A stretch of DNA of 64,000 nt from the human T2T-CHM13v2.0 reference genome, Homo sapiens: NCBI RefSeq assembly GCF_009914755.1, contig NC_060928.1. One strand, written 5' to 3'. Positions 30,286-44,184 of the stretch are shown piece after piece. The translations under genes were made by a program, and so were the position numbers. The notes beneath the pieces were generated by a model, which searched no databases, was not told the origin of the DNA, and saw nothing but the letters and a program-made list of their open reading frames with translations. Position 1 is the stretch's first letter. Every line of letters starts with the position of its first letter.

Positions 30286-31415
30286 ATATCATCAGAATAC
30301 AGACTCTCAAATATTCAAATGTGTTGTTGTTTTCTATTTTTCACTTATTGCCCTCTTTTTGATCATTTATCTCACTTTTACTTTGTATTTATAAAAGGCT
30401 GGGAGCAAAGTAGAGAGGGAAAAATTACTTAATTTCTTAAAATAATAGCCCTTGTGATTATAATACAGAACATTGTGTTAATGTATTATTAGCTAAAACA
30501 AATGTTATGAATTTAATAATTAGAACTATTTTCAACTTAGTTTCAACTTATGGCCCAAGAAAATAGAAGTCAGAATCAAAATCCAGCATGCAGAACTTGT
30601 TGTAAAACATGGCAGTACAGGTGAGTTACAATGTCTCATTTTTTTTGCAAACTCTCTAACTTATATTTCAGAATATAAATTTTTAGGAGTCAGAATTTGA
30701 GACAAGTATTTTTCTGTAAATAAAATCAAATGAGTTTTGTGTACTTTACATTACCTTCACTCAATATGGGAGGAAAAGATGTATTATCCTATTAATTTCA
30801 AGTCAGGAGATCAGGATTTTCCAGAGGAAACAAAGAATAAAGGTCTCATGAAGGTTTAGAAGCACAGTGTCCTGGGTTTTGTGCCACTGCCACTCTTGAT
30901 AAACCAAGACGGCACAAACCTGTCTATATAGTTTCTCTGAGGTGGAATATAAGTTGTCACATCTAAGCCTGTATGTGTTTTCAAGCTTTTGCTGGGCAAG
31001 TAGTGTTTGTAGCATATTATGTCCATGAATGAAACAGAGAATTGATGTTTAACTCAACAGGATCAGCTGGATGGGCAAGCTGATTCCAAGTTCCTATGGC
31101 CTGAAGAAGTAGCTATTGGCTAGCCAGACCTACGCTTTATCATGTCAAGGAAATTGCAAATCAGAAATTTCATTGTTTGGGGGATAAAAACTCTGAAGAC
31201 CTCATAAATGCACAGTGTCAGTATAGGGATCAATTTCAAACACCTGACAACACTAGACAATATAATTTCAATAGCCATTAACTAAGAAATTTATTTTACT
31301 TTCTTCTTCTACCCACATATCTCTATATCTCTGGCCCTTGGTGGTCAGAAATCAGGATTTGCAAGAAGGGGGTACATGAGAATAGCAAAAGGCAGAGAAA
31401 GTGAACCAAGTCTAT

Positions 31416-31896
31416 TGTTAGATACAAGCCGATAAGAAACTAATGAAAGCTCTGAGATTCATGAATGCTGTCAGAAGACACAAGACCCTGGGCTCAGAAA
31501 AAGGTAACTTGATTACCTATGGCTAGAAGGCACCACGGATTTTATGTTTGTACCAGTCCCCTCAGTCCCATGGACCTATATGGATGCTGAGAACATAGGG
31601 AGTTTGTAACACGTGTGGTGAGAAATTTTGAACTAGAAAATCACTTTTTTTTCAATAGAGGGCTGCAAACAAGCCTCTCCAAGCAAATATTTGCAAACAA
31701 ATTTCTTCTTTTTTCAGAGGAAAACATTGCTTGTACTATACTGAAAATAAAAACGAGTATTTTCCAAGTTGGTTTGTTGAACACGTCTTTTGATAGTACT
31801 TATAAAAGGCAGTCTTTCTGTACATCTTGACTGTACATCTTGAAACTTTCAGGATGTACAGAAAACAACTGACCTATGGAGAATTATCTCTCAACA
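31416..31896 (-). mobile_element. ERVL solo LTR (MER54-like)
   Basis: Minus strand begins tgttgagagataattctccataggtc and ends near ctgagcccagggtcttgtgtcttctgacagcattcatgaa. Confidence 0.6.
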
Positions 31897-32797
31897 ATTG
31901 TCAATCTTCCACAGGCTCAAGCAGCGAGATGGGCAAAAGCCTATACTTAAAGATTGCACTTCTCATGATTATAAGTCGTTGGTCATTTTATTCCTAGACT
32001 GAGATTGTGTTTTAAGATTTGAAGGAACTGAAAAGCATTTTAATTCTCTAATCAACATTGCATCCTAGCATGTGCAAGCCCCTAAATATTAATATTTTGA
32101 AAGAGAGGAAAAGAAAGGAGGGAAGAGAAGAAATAAGAGAAGGAAGGATGATAAGCAAGGAAAGGAAACTCTATTACTATATGCAATGAATCACGCTTTT
32201 TCACCATTAAATTGATTTTTGACAAAGTAGCCACATTGTGGGAGAAATCTGAAATAACTAGAATTACAATTTAAAAGTAAATGCAAATATCTACAGTGTC
32301 TGCTTTCTTCTGTCATTTTTGTGTGCTAGTCAATATTCTATGTGAATTGGGTTTACCCTGAGTTTACCTAGTGTTTGTTACATTTTGTATTTATCCTATA
32401 CAAAATATAGGTATGTCCGATATTTTCTATATATCTTCTAAGAAAAAACTGCCCCAAATATATTTAATCTTGATCTGCTGTGAGAAAAAACCTAGGTGGT
32501 TTGAGGAGAAATAAATGGAATTTTTGGTTAAACAAACACTTCAAAATTTGTACTTCAAAAGAGGATTTTTTTTTCTTCAAAAAGTACACATTTCAATTTG
32601 TTAATGGAAACTGTGAAAAAAAAAACTAAACTAGGAGAAACAATTTTCTTTTCTTTAGTATGACACTAATAACTAAAAAGATTTTGGAAGTCACTAAACC
32701 CTAGTTTTTATCATATTAAGATAAAGAAACATGCAAATAATTTTTAAAATTGTAATTATAATTTATTGACTAACCTTCTTGCTGGAGACAGAATGAC

Positions 32798-33108
<311 letters not shown>

Positions 33109-33977
33109 GAGAATGACATTCTAAAATTAAAATTATCTCAAAGAGGAATCACAGCTTTGTCCTGATAACAGACAAAATTTTTATGTTTAAAATTATGAGA
33201 AGACAAATGCATTATTTAAATAATTCATTTAGATTCATATGAAAAACACTAAAATCTAATTCCATAAGTTGCCTGCACAAACATGTTTTTAATGAATTTA
33301 TATATTTTTAATTGGCATGAAAATTGTATCTATCATATATGACATGATGTTTTGAAATGTTTATACACATTGTAGGATGGCTAAATTGAGCTAATTAATA
33401 TATGCATTATCTCACAAGCTTATTATTTTTATGATAAAACACTTAAAATATCTTAGCAATTTCAAGAATATTGTTATGAACTGTAGTCACCATGTTGTGC
33501 AATAGATTTTTTGAATGTTTTCCTTTTATTTAATGGAAATTTTCTATCCTTTGATCCACAGCTTTGTAAACCTTCTCTCCCCACAGTGCCTACCAGCCCT
33601 GGGTGGGCTACTATTTTCTGCTTCTATGAGTTCAACTTTTTCAGATTTAATATAGAAGCGAGATCATGCAATATTTTTTTTGCGTCTGTTTTATTTCAAT
33701 TAACATAAACTTCCCCAGGTTTATCCATGTTATTGCAAATAACAGGACTTCCTTCGTTTTAAAGGCTGACTAGAATTCCATTGTGGACATATGTTACATT
33801 TTCCTTATTCATTCATCCTTAATGGACTTAGATAGCTTTATATCTTGGCCATTGTGAAAAGTGCTACAAGAAACATGGGAACATCGATATCTTTTCCACA
33901 TACTGATTTCATTTATTTTAGGTATACACACAGTAGTAGGATTGCTGGATCACATGGCAGTTCTATTGTTATTATTA

Positions 33978-34274
33978 TTTTTTTAACACAGTCTCGCTCT
34001 GTTGCCCAGTCTGTAGTGCCGTGGCGCGATCTTTGCTCACTGCAACCTCTGCCTTCCGGCTTCAAGCAGTTCTCCTGCCTCAGCCTCCCAGGTATCTGGG
34101 ATTACAGGCACCTGCCACCATGCCCAGCTAATTTTTTGTATTTTTAGTAGAGTCGAGGTTTCACCACGTTGGCCAGGCTGGTCTCACCACGCCCAGCTAA
34201 TTTTTTTGTTTTTTATTTTTAGTAGAGTCGAGGTTTCACCATGTTGGCCATGGTGGCTGCCACCACACCCAGCC
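33978..34274 (-). mobile_element. Rearranged AluS with an internal duplication and a left-arm deletion
   Basis: caccaYgcccagctaa...agagtcgaggtttcaccaYgttggcca occurs twice; TSD ttattatta. Confidence 0.9.
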
Positions 34275-34947
34275 TTATTATTAATTTTTGAGGAACATGC
34301 ATGTTGTTCTCTATAATGCCTGTACTAATTTACATTGCCACTAATGTTGCTCGAGATTCCCTTTTCTCCACACCCTTGCTTGTTATTTTTCATATTTTTG
34401 ATAATAATTATTTTAACAGAAGTAAAGTGATATCTCATTGTGATTTTAACTTACATTTTCCTGATAATTAGTGATGCTGAGCATTTTTTAAATATAACTT
34501 GTAACCATTTATATGTTTCCTTTTTAAAAAACATCTGTTCAATCTCTTGCTCATTTTAAAATCTGATTATTTGTTTTCTTGCTGTTTAGCTCGTTGAGTT
34601 CCTTACATATTTTGAATATTAGCACCTTATTGATGTATTATTTGGTAATATTTTCTCTCATTTATTAAGATGTCTTTTCTATCTGTTGACTATTTCGTTT
34701 GCCATGAAATGGCTTTCAGTTTGGGTAATACCACTTGCTGAACAACAATGTCTTCAAGATTTTTCCCTGTTTTCTCGTATTAATTTTACAATTCAAGCTT
34801 TACATTTACTTTAATTCACTTTGAGTAGGTTTTTGCACATGCTGTGAGTTAAGAGTCTAATTTCATTCTTCTGCATGTGAATATTCAGTTTTCCCAATAT
34901 CATTTATGGAAGACACTGTATTTTCCCTACTTTGTGTTCTTGGCACC

Positions 34948-34992
34948 TATATTAGCCTGTTCTTGTGTTGCTATAAACAAAAAGCTGAGACT
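34948..34992 (-). mobile_element. MST/THE1 LTR terminal stub (~45 bp)
   Basis: tattagcctgttcttgtgttgctataaacaaaaagctgagact matches a MaLR LTR end. Confidence 0.7.
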
Positions 34993-35817
34993 ACTAACTC
35001 TGGGCTTAGCTTGCTCTTTTTCTAGTTCCTTGATGCATGCATGAAGCTGTTTGTTTGATTTTTCTTCTGTTTTGATGTAAGCATGTATAGCTATAAGCAT
35101 CCCATAAGTTTTGCTATATATTTAATTTTGTTTTCCCAAAAATATTTTTAAATTTTTCTTTTAATTTATTTCACTCATTAATTATTCAGGAGCATAGTGT
35201 TTAATTTTCATATATGAGTGAATTTTCCAATCTTTCTCCTGTTATTGATTTCTAGTTTCATACCATTTTCTTGATGTGATTTAATTCCTTTTAATATGTT
35301 AAAACTTGTTTTGTGGACTAACATATGATATATCCTGGAAAGTGTTCTGTGTGTATTTGCAAAGAATAAGTGAGTATTCTACTGAAGTTGCATGGAATGT
35401 TTGGTATATGCCTGTTAGATTTATTTGGTCTAAACTATAGTTTAAATCCAATGTTTTCTTGTTGATATTCTGTCGGGATAATTTACCTATTGCCAATGGT
35501 GGAGTATGTAAGTCCCATTATTATTTTATTATAATCTATGTCTTCCTTTTATGTATTAATATTTGCTTTATATATTTAGGTTCTCTAATTTTGGATTCAT
35601 GTACTTTTATAATTGTTATATCCTTTTAATGAATTGGCGTTTGTCTCTTTTTACAGTTTTTGACTTGAAATCTATTTTATCTGATATAAGTACAGCTACC
35701 TCTTCTCTCTTGTGGTTTCCATTTACATAAAATATCTTTATCCAGCCTCTTACTATCAGTCCATGTGTGTGCTTAAAAGGAAAGTGAGGGTGGGCCTGGA
35801 GCATGTATTGGTGGGAA

Positions 35818-35908
35818 CTGCATCTGCATCTGTGTCTGTAATCTGTATCTTTATCTATGTTTATGTCTGTATCTCTAGGCTCTGTGTCTATATCTGTATC
35901 AGTAGATG
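35818..35908. repeat. Degenerate hexamer repeat (TCTGTA/TCTATA-like)
   Basis: ctgcatctgcatctgtgtctgtaatctgtatctttatctatg... Confidence 0.8.
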
Positions 35909-36624
35909 CTGTATTGGTAGGGGTGGGCCTGAAGGCTGGGTTCACAAGGACTGATGGGACTCTGGGGTGGATCTTGACCCTGATTGTGCAGCAGTTGGCC
36001 AGGCATCAGGATGGACCTGACATCTGGGTTCATTGGGACATGCCCGAAAGCTGAGTTCACTGGGGCTGGCTTAGTGCTAGTATCAGCCTGAAGCCTGAGT
36101 CTGCAGGGTATACCTGGGTCATGGGCCCATGGGAATTGGCATAGAGCCTGTGCCTTCTAGGGGGGTACTGGAGCCTTGGTCCAAAGAGGCCAGATTGGCT
36201 TTGGGGTTTATTGGGCTAGACCCTATCCAGGACATACGGACTATAGCAGGACACAGCCCTGTCCTATAGACTCAGGTTTCAAGCCCACTCTAGCACCAGC
36301 CCAGCCCCAGTGGACTCAGCCTCCAGGCATGTCCCAGTGGACCCAGATGTTAAGTCCATTCTGGGTTTACTGGTCTTATGCTGGGACAGGCATAGAGCCT
36401 ATATCTTCCCATCTGGACCCTGGGATTGTGTGCACTGATCTGGGTCTTGGGTTCATGGGGGCTGGTATGCTGCTGTGGAAGCTGGATCCACAGGGACAGG
36501 CCTGAAGCTTATGTCTTGGCTGCCAGCATGGTGCTTGAGGCCAGGGTGCTGACCTGGTGCTGGCATAGGCCTAAAGCCTGGGGTTGTGTGGATTATCCTG
36601 GTCTGGAGCCTGAGGTGGGCATAG

Positions 36625-37025
<401 letters not shown>

Positions 37026-37643
37026 GGGTGTCAGTCTTATAATTAGGGAGGCAGAGGCAAGCCTAGTGTTAGGTATGGTGTTGAATTTTAGGCTGGCAGG
37101 GTGGGCCTGATTCTATCTAGCGTGCACCTAGAGATAGAGTATACACGGCAGACCTGGAGCCAGAATCTGTGGGGCTGGTCAGACCCTGGGGTGGGCCTGT
37201 AGCCAAAAGCTACAGGGGCCAAGCAGGTGCCCTGCCAGTTGGGAGCCTGAAGATGCTGGGGTTGGCCTGAGGTGGGTGGTCCTGGAGACTGAGTTTGCCA
37301 GGCAGGCCTGGAGCCTGGGATTGCAGAATCCAGCCCGGCACCAGGGCAGGTATGATGGCTCAGGCTGAGGGTAGGAGTTTGGGGTTTGGGGCCTTAGGGA
37401 CCTGCCTGGTCCTGGGCTTTACTGGGGCAGGCCTAGTATTGGAGTCCAAGCCAAAGTCTGGTGCTTACTTTCCTCTCCTTTCCCCAATCAGACAGTATAT
37501 CTCTCCACATTGTGTCTGAATTTGGAGGAGGGAACATGAGTAAGGTAAAACTGCCCTTCCTATCCTCTTCAATGACTCTTCTCTTATTTCTGTGGTACAG
37601 CCAGGTCTTGTCATCTATCATCTGGTTTTCTTAGCGATTATGA

Positions 37644-38051
<408 letters not shown>

Positions 38052-38329
38052 GATATTTTTTAAATGAGTAAATAAAATGGATACTTATTCAAATTTAATA
38101 CATAGTACAGATGTTCAAAACACTACTCCAAGGAACTATTTTTCATTTTTAAATGATGAGAGGTTACTTTTTACTAAGAAAATTTGAGTTGGCAGTTCGT
38201 GCTCTTGAGGCTGCTTTCAAGCATCTGTGATGCAGGCCCTTATGTGTGATTATTTTGCTTTTCTCAGCTCATGGCTTCCACCTCAAGAGAGCTATTATTT
38301 CCAGTCATTATTTCAATGAAATTAATTTC

Positions 38330-38990
38330 TAAAAACCCTTTTACAGTAATATCAAAATATACAAATAGCAATAAAAAATACAAACAAATTGAATGGAGAT
38401 GTTCAAGACCTCTACAATAGCCATTTCAAAACATTGCTGAGAGAAAGGTACACATGTGAAATGGTAAACCTACTTTATTAATCAGAGCAACACAATTAAG
38501 TATGTCCCCAGGAGAAATATAAAAAGTTGTCTAGTGATCGTTCATAGCAACTCTACTTATAATAGTCAAAGACTGGAAATAAACCCAGTGTCTATGACCA
38601 GAATGTAAATAAACAACCTGTGGTATATCCTTACAATGGAATATTATTCAACATAAAAGAAAACAGATTGCTTACACACACAATAACTTGAATCTCAAAA
38701 GTATTATGCTAAGTTAAATAAATTAGACTAGAAACTACATAATGTGTGATTCTGTTGATATAAATTCTAGAAAATGCAAATCAATACATGGTAGCAAAAA
38801 GCAGATAGTGGTTTCTTGGGACAGAGGTTAAGAAACAGATGAATTTCAAAGGGACAAGAGGCAACTTTTGAAGTTGATGACATTTTTTGTTATTTTACTT
38901 GTGATGGTAATTTCTCAGAAAAAAAATAACGTTTCTCAAATTGTGTATTTGAGTAAGTATAATTTATTGAACTTCAAATATACTCCCCAA
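38330..38990 (+). mobile_element. L1MD/L1ME-type 3' fragment
   Basis: gttcatagcaactctacttataatagtcaaagactggaaa...tgtggtatatccttacaatggaatattattcaac. Confidence 0.8.
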
Positions 38991-39100
38991 AATTGTTGTG
39001 TATGTATGTGTGTGTTTGTATACACATTGTAAAAAATGAATCTATAATGAATCTACATATAGAATGAATAATATTTATGTGTTAGAATGAATAGTATTTA

Positions 39101-40111
39101 TGTGTTTGGGTTCTCCAGAGAAACAGAATAAATAGGATATCTGTGTGTGTATATATATATACACACACATATATATGTATATCTGTGTGTATATATATGT
39201 ATATGTATATATACATATATATACACACACACAAGCACACACACTCTCACTCATATAGATTGATATGGTTTGGCTGTGTCCCCACCCAAGTCTCATCTTG
39301 AATTATAGCTCCCATGTGTTGTGGGAGGGTCCTGGTGGGAGATAATTGAATCATGGGAACTGTTACCCCCATACTGTTCTCTAATGATTCACTGCTGGTT
39401 GTAAATAAGTCTCAGGAGATCTGATGGTCTTATAAGGGGAAGCCCCATTCACTTGGTTCTCATTGTCTCTCTTGACTAATGCCAATGTAAGACGTGCCTT
39501 TCACCTTCTTCCACGATTATGAGGACTGCCAGCCACTTGGAACTGTGAGTCTATTTACCCTCTTTTTCTTTAAAAATTATCTAGTCTTCGGTATCTTTTT
39601 CAGTGCATGAAAAATGGACTAGTACATACATATATGTCAGAAAAAGCTTATTACAGAAATGTGCCCACTTGATTATGGAGGCCATGGAGGGACTCATCCA
39701 AGTCTGAAGGACTGAGAACCAGGGTTATTCCTGTTGTAACCCCTAGTCCAAAGCTGAAATCCTAAGAAGTGATGGGAGGGTATTGGTGGGAAAGGCACTG
39801 GACCAAATCCCAGAGTCTGAAGTCCTGAGAACCACGAGCACCCATGTCCAAGCACAGAAAAAGATGGATGTTCCAACTCAAGGGGAGAGAGAATTCATCT
39901 TTCTTCTGTCATTTTGTTCTATTTAGGCTCACAAGGGATTGGATGATGCCTGCCCACACTGGTGATGGTAGATCTTCTTTACTTAGTCCACTGATTTAAA
40001 TGCTATATTCTTTCAGAAACCCCCTCACAGACACACTCAGAAATAATATTTTACCAGCTATTTGAGCATCCCTGAACCCAGTCAAGCTGACATATAAAAT
40101 TAACCATTACA
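39101..40111 (-). mobile_element. MLT2 (B/C-like) LTR with internal (TA)/(CA) repeat, split by THE1
   Basis: gggttctccagagaaacagaa at the start; ends ccagtcaagctgacatataaaattaaccattaca. Confidence 0.9.
39261..39626 (+). mobile_element. THE1 (C/D-like) solo LTR
   Basis: tgatatggtttggctgtgtccccaccca...aaaatggactagtaca; 5-bp TSD tagat/tacat. Confidence 0.93.
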
Positions 40112-40129
40112 ATTTGTTTCACAGATTTG

Positions 40130-41250
40130 TATCAATTATCTGTTATTCATTTAGTTTTATACTGCTAGACTTTGAGGGAAAATGTTGAGAAATTTTAAAA
40201 AATTATCTGCTTTCACAAGGCTTTCAATATTCTTAAAAAACTATATATAACTAAATAATCATTATGATTTATTATAATAAATATATGAATAATATGCCAG
40301 TTTTTATGGGAAGACTTAGAAAATACATCTACTGTTTTTAGTACATTATAAATCACTTCCTTAAAAAAGCATATTTACTCTATAAGCTGGAGTATGAGTA
40401 GTAGTTAGTAATATGCTAAGCCTCTAGGCATAAGAGAAGCAGGGTGCTTTCCAGAAATTTATCAATCTCCTCCTGCTTGCATCTCAGCATGCAAGAGAGC
40501 TTTAGGGGATTTTATGCCTAGAGAGGTTGTCTGGGATCAGATAGGCCATGAAAAAAGAAAAGATTAGATATTATCTAAACTAGAATCTTTAGAAAGAACT
40601 CATATAGGGCAAGATATTGATGCTTTAGGCTTATTTTTTTGGCTGCACTCTAGAGAATGGATGGGAAAGTATAAAAGAATGGGGATAATATCTAGTTTGG
40701 TAGACCTTTTGCAGTAATATAGGTAAGACCTGATGTCTTGAACTAATCACCGTTGTGTATATCAAAGAAGAACAAAGAAAATGAATTATGGAGACATGTA
40801 AGCAGTGGTAGAATTGGTAAAACTGGTGATTGATGGAATGTTAGAATTGAGGGGGAAGGAAGAGACATAGACTCTGAATTTCTGGGTTTTAGATTAAATA
40901 GATGGTGCTGCTACTCCCTAATATAGGAGAAACCATCAAAAGAATGGGTGGGCAGGAGAAGAGAAGGAAAGCAGATGCTTTTGAAGTGATAGACAATCCA
41001 GATCTGGGGATTTTGAGTCTAAGATGCATTGAAACTTCTCAACATTTTTTTTTAGATAGTTTGAGTATTGGGAATTAGAGGTGAGACGGAGAAGAAAAAA
41101 AATGGAGATACAGTATGAAAATTCAGTTTACATGTCAGGAAAGTAAAGGGATTAAACTGTTTTGTAAAAGGTAGAGTTGCTAACAGTGACAAAGGCTTTC
41201 ATGAGAGTTAAGATCCTAGAAGAGGGAGATGGAGATATTTAAAGTTAAGT
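40130..41250 (-). mobile_element. L2 fragments
   Basis: Purine-rich L2 wording (ttgcagtaatataggtaagacctgatg; ctgaatttctgggttttagattaaatagatggtgctgc). Confidence 0.6.
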
Positions 41251-42744
41251 GTAGATAAAAATGCATTGGAAATACATAAATTTCAACATTTAAAGGTTGA
41301 TTACTATGAATCTATTGTGGTATTGCAAGCTTCTCTGTATGCTTTCCTCCATCTGGTCTCAGAAGTCTTCATGATAAAAGAGAAAACCAAAACCTAAATG
41401 AGAGTTGTGTGTGAGTATGTATGTGGGTGTGGGCTGGTGTGCTTGTCTAGAATTTTATGACAGAAACGGTAAGTTAAAAAATTGAGATTGTCAAGAGTCA
41501 TGGAAAAGTTGAACCATTATATGATAATTCGTGCCATTACACAGAGTTCCTGGTTTCAAACATCAGAATGGAATTAGGCATTATATTTATTAAATGATAT
41601 GTCATACCTCACAGACTCTCAAAAAGTACCAGAAGTAACTCATGAGTAAGTTACTCAACCAGGAAAAGCACATAGAACAGCATAGAGATTGCCTTAAGGA
41701 AGAAGCTACTGCTGCTGCCATTCTGCATTGGGAAGCTCATCAAACACATCATGGGTATTATAGGTGAGTCAGGGGGCTGGATAGTAGAAACCCTGACACT
41801 ACTATTCCCCCTAAAGCTTGATATCTCCAATGCCTAAAGAAAGAATGAATTTTGTGTACCTCTGCTTTTTCATTTCTGAATCATAGACTTGCATATATCT
41901 GCTAATTAGAAAGGTAAGTTTTGGTTTCTACATTGATAGGTGTGAATCATAATAGGATAAAATTCTCAAGCCAAAAAAGGAATTCAAAAGATGCTTAATG
42001 ATTACTATATAATAATTTCTTTTCTACATCAATTTCTATGTAATTCTGTGAATTTACTTTTATTTCTTTCCACATATTGATAGGAAGCATTGCCTTCAGA
42101 ATAATGAATGAATACTTTTCACCCTTCGCAGGACTTGCTACATTGGTCTTTGCTAGCTTCAATGCCTGGAATGCAAACTTCGGGTCCCTTGTTAGTAGAA
42201 AGATGCACAGATGCGGCTCTGTTGACTCAGTTGTTTAAATACATATTGTCAAACAAAATATTTGCAGCACTGATGCCAAGTTCCTCCTGACATTCACAAT
42301 AATATTGAATTTGACTCAACCAAACAAGTGTGACAATATGTGGAATAAAATTTCATCTAGGTTTTATCTGGTTTCAAACTCTCTTAGATTTAACACTCTT
42401 TTGTGGTTTTCAATTTGAAACAGAATTTGGCTAAGTTTTGGTGATTGAAGCTGTAGAGCCATTAAATTAAAAAGGTATGCTACTACTATTTAAAGCGTCG
42501 TTTAGCTTAATGCTAAATTGTCCTCAAAATTGTTCCAGTTTAAGCCTGCAAAAAGCTTTACAATATGATCATTTTCTGGAGATCATTTTTCTTGAAGGTT
42601 GAAACTAAATTACTATGAAAATATTTTCAGTATTATTTAAATAAAAACTTTAGAACCTCATGGAATGTGTGCAAGTAATTCCTGTATCTTTTCATTACAA
42701 TAACAACACTTTAACAGAAGTAGAATTTTTTTTAACGAAGTGAC

Positions 42745-43082
42745 TTTTCTTTTTTCTTTTTCTTTTTTATTTTTCTTTCTTTCTTTTTTTTTTTTTTTTG
42801 AGATAGGGTCTTACTCTGTTGCCCAGGCTGGAGTGCAGTGACGCCATCTTGGTTCACTGGAACTTCTGCCTGTTAGACTCAAGCAATCCTCACACCTCAG
42901 TCTCCTGAGTAGCTGGGACTACAGGCATCTGCCACTATGCCCGGCTAATTTTTTGTATTTCTGTTAGAGATGGGGTTTCACCGTGTTGCCCGGGCTGGTC
43001 TCAAACTCCTGGGCTCAAGCAATCCACCTGCCTCAGCCTCCCAATGTGCTGGGATTACAGGAGTGAGTCACGACGCACAGCC
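42745..43082 (-). mobile_element. AluJ
   Basis: agggtct, ctcaagcaatcctc, ctcctgggctcaagcaatcc diagnostics; TSD aac(g/a)aagtga(c/t)tttt. Confidence 0.93.
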
Positions 43083-43819
43083 AACAAAGTGATTTTTATC
43101 TGAAAGTAATTGCTTTAGGTAAGCACACACAAAAACATACTTAGAAAAAATAATGAGATGCTAATAAAACCTATTTTCCCCTACTTGTATATATTTTCGT
43201 TACAGCATTTAAAGAAGAATGTATCACAATCTGTTGTACACAGATATCACTCCAATTTGGACTCTGAATGCTTTGATTATGCCTGTCTTTATATTTGTGC
43301 TTTCTAGTACCTAGTAATATATCTCATAATTAGTGGGGGTTTTACAAATATGAAAAGAAGAAAGTCATGGAAGAAAATGGAATGGAAGAGGAGCATAAAG
43401 GAGAAATGCAAGGAAGCAACCCAGGAACAAATACATGTTTTAATATTTTCTCCCATTCACCATATAGAGAGTTAAGTACACTAACTGTGTCATGGCAAAC
43501 ACTAATACCACTATGTTATTATGGTATTGTAAATTAACAACTGTTTTTTTCAAAAGGTGTAAACCTGTGACACGTATTTCCATATTTATACATTCGAAGT
43601 GAACCTAAGACTTGATATATAAATGCACTTTGATTTTGGGGGCCCAGGGGGTACTGGGCAGCCTGTAATCATTGGCTTAATTATAGCCTAAAGAAAGTGA
43701 TTAGAGTGATAAGAAAGTAGAAAACATATGGAGAAGCAGGGCATTTAAATAGAGATAAGAAATAAAAGTGGAACATGATCATGGTTCTCTGTGTGACATG
43801 GAGGGAATAAAATTAAAAA

Positions 43820-43960
43820 TACATCAGCTCAAAAAGTAACTATGTCACCATCTTGTTCTATGAACTTGGGTATATTACTTAATTTTCTAAATGGCTTTTT
43901 CTTCTTATATAAAATGTTGTTACTAACACAATCTTCAAAGTGTTCTGAGAGCTAAGTTAA
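43820..43960 (+). mobile_element. MIR fragment
   Basis: tgaacttgggtatattacttaattttct...ttcttcttatataaaatg. Confidence 0.55.
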
Positions 43961-44184
43961 AAAGCAAGTAAACAACTGCTGATTAACATTTTATGTAAGA
44001 ACTGACAATTTTAAGATATTTTTCTTTATACACCTGACCTTATCTCAATCAATTTAGACTTAATGATCTCTATGATTTTGGGGTAGAATGCCGGAGAACA
44101 AAAAGAAAAAAAATGTTTAAACTTTAAACAGATACATCCTTAGGAACACTAAAGAAAAATAATAGGCTTCACCCCTAGATTATT

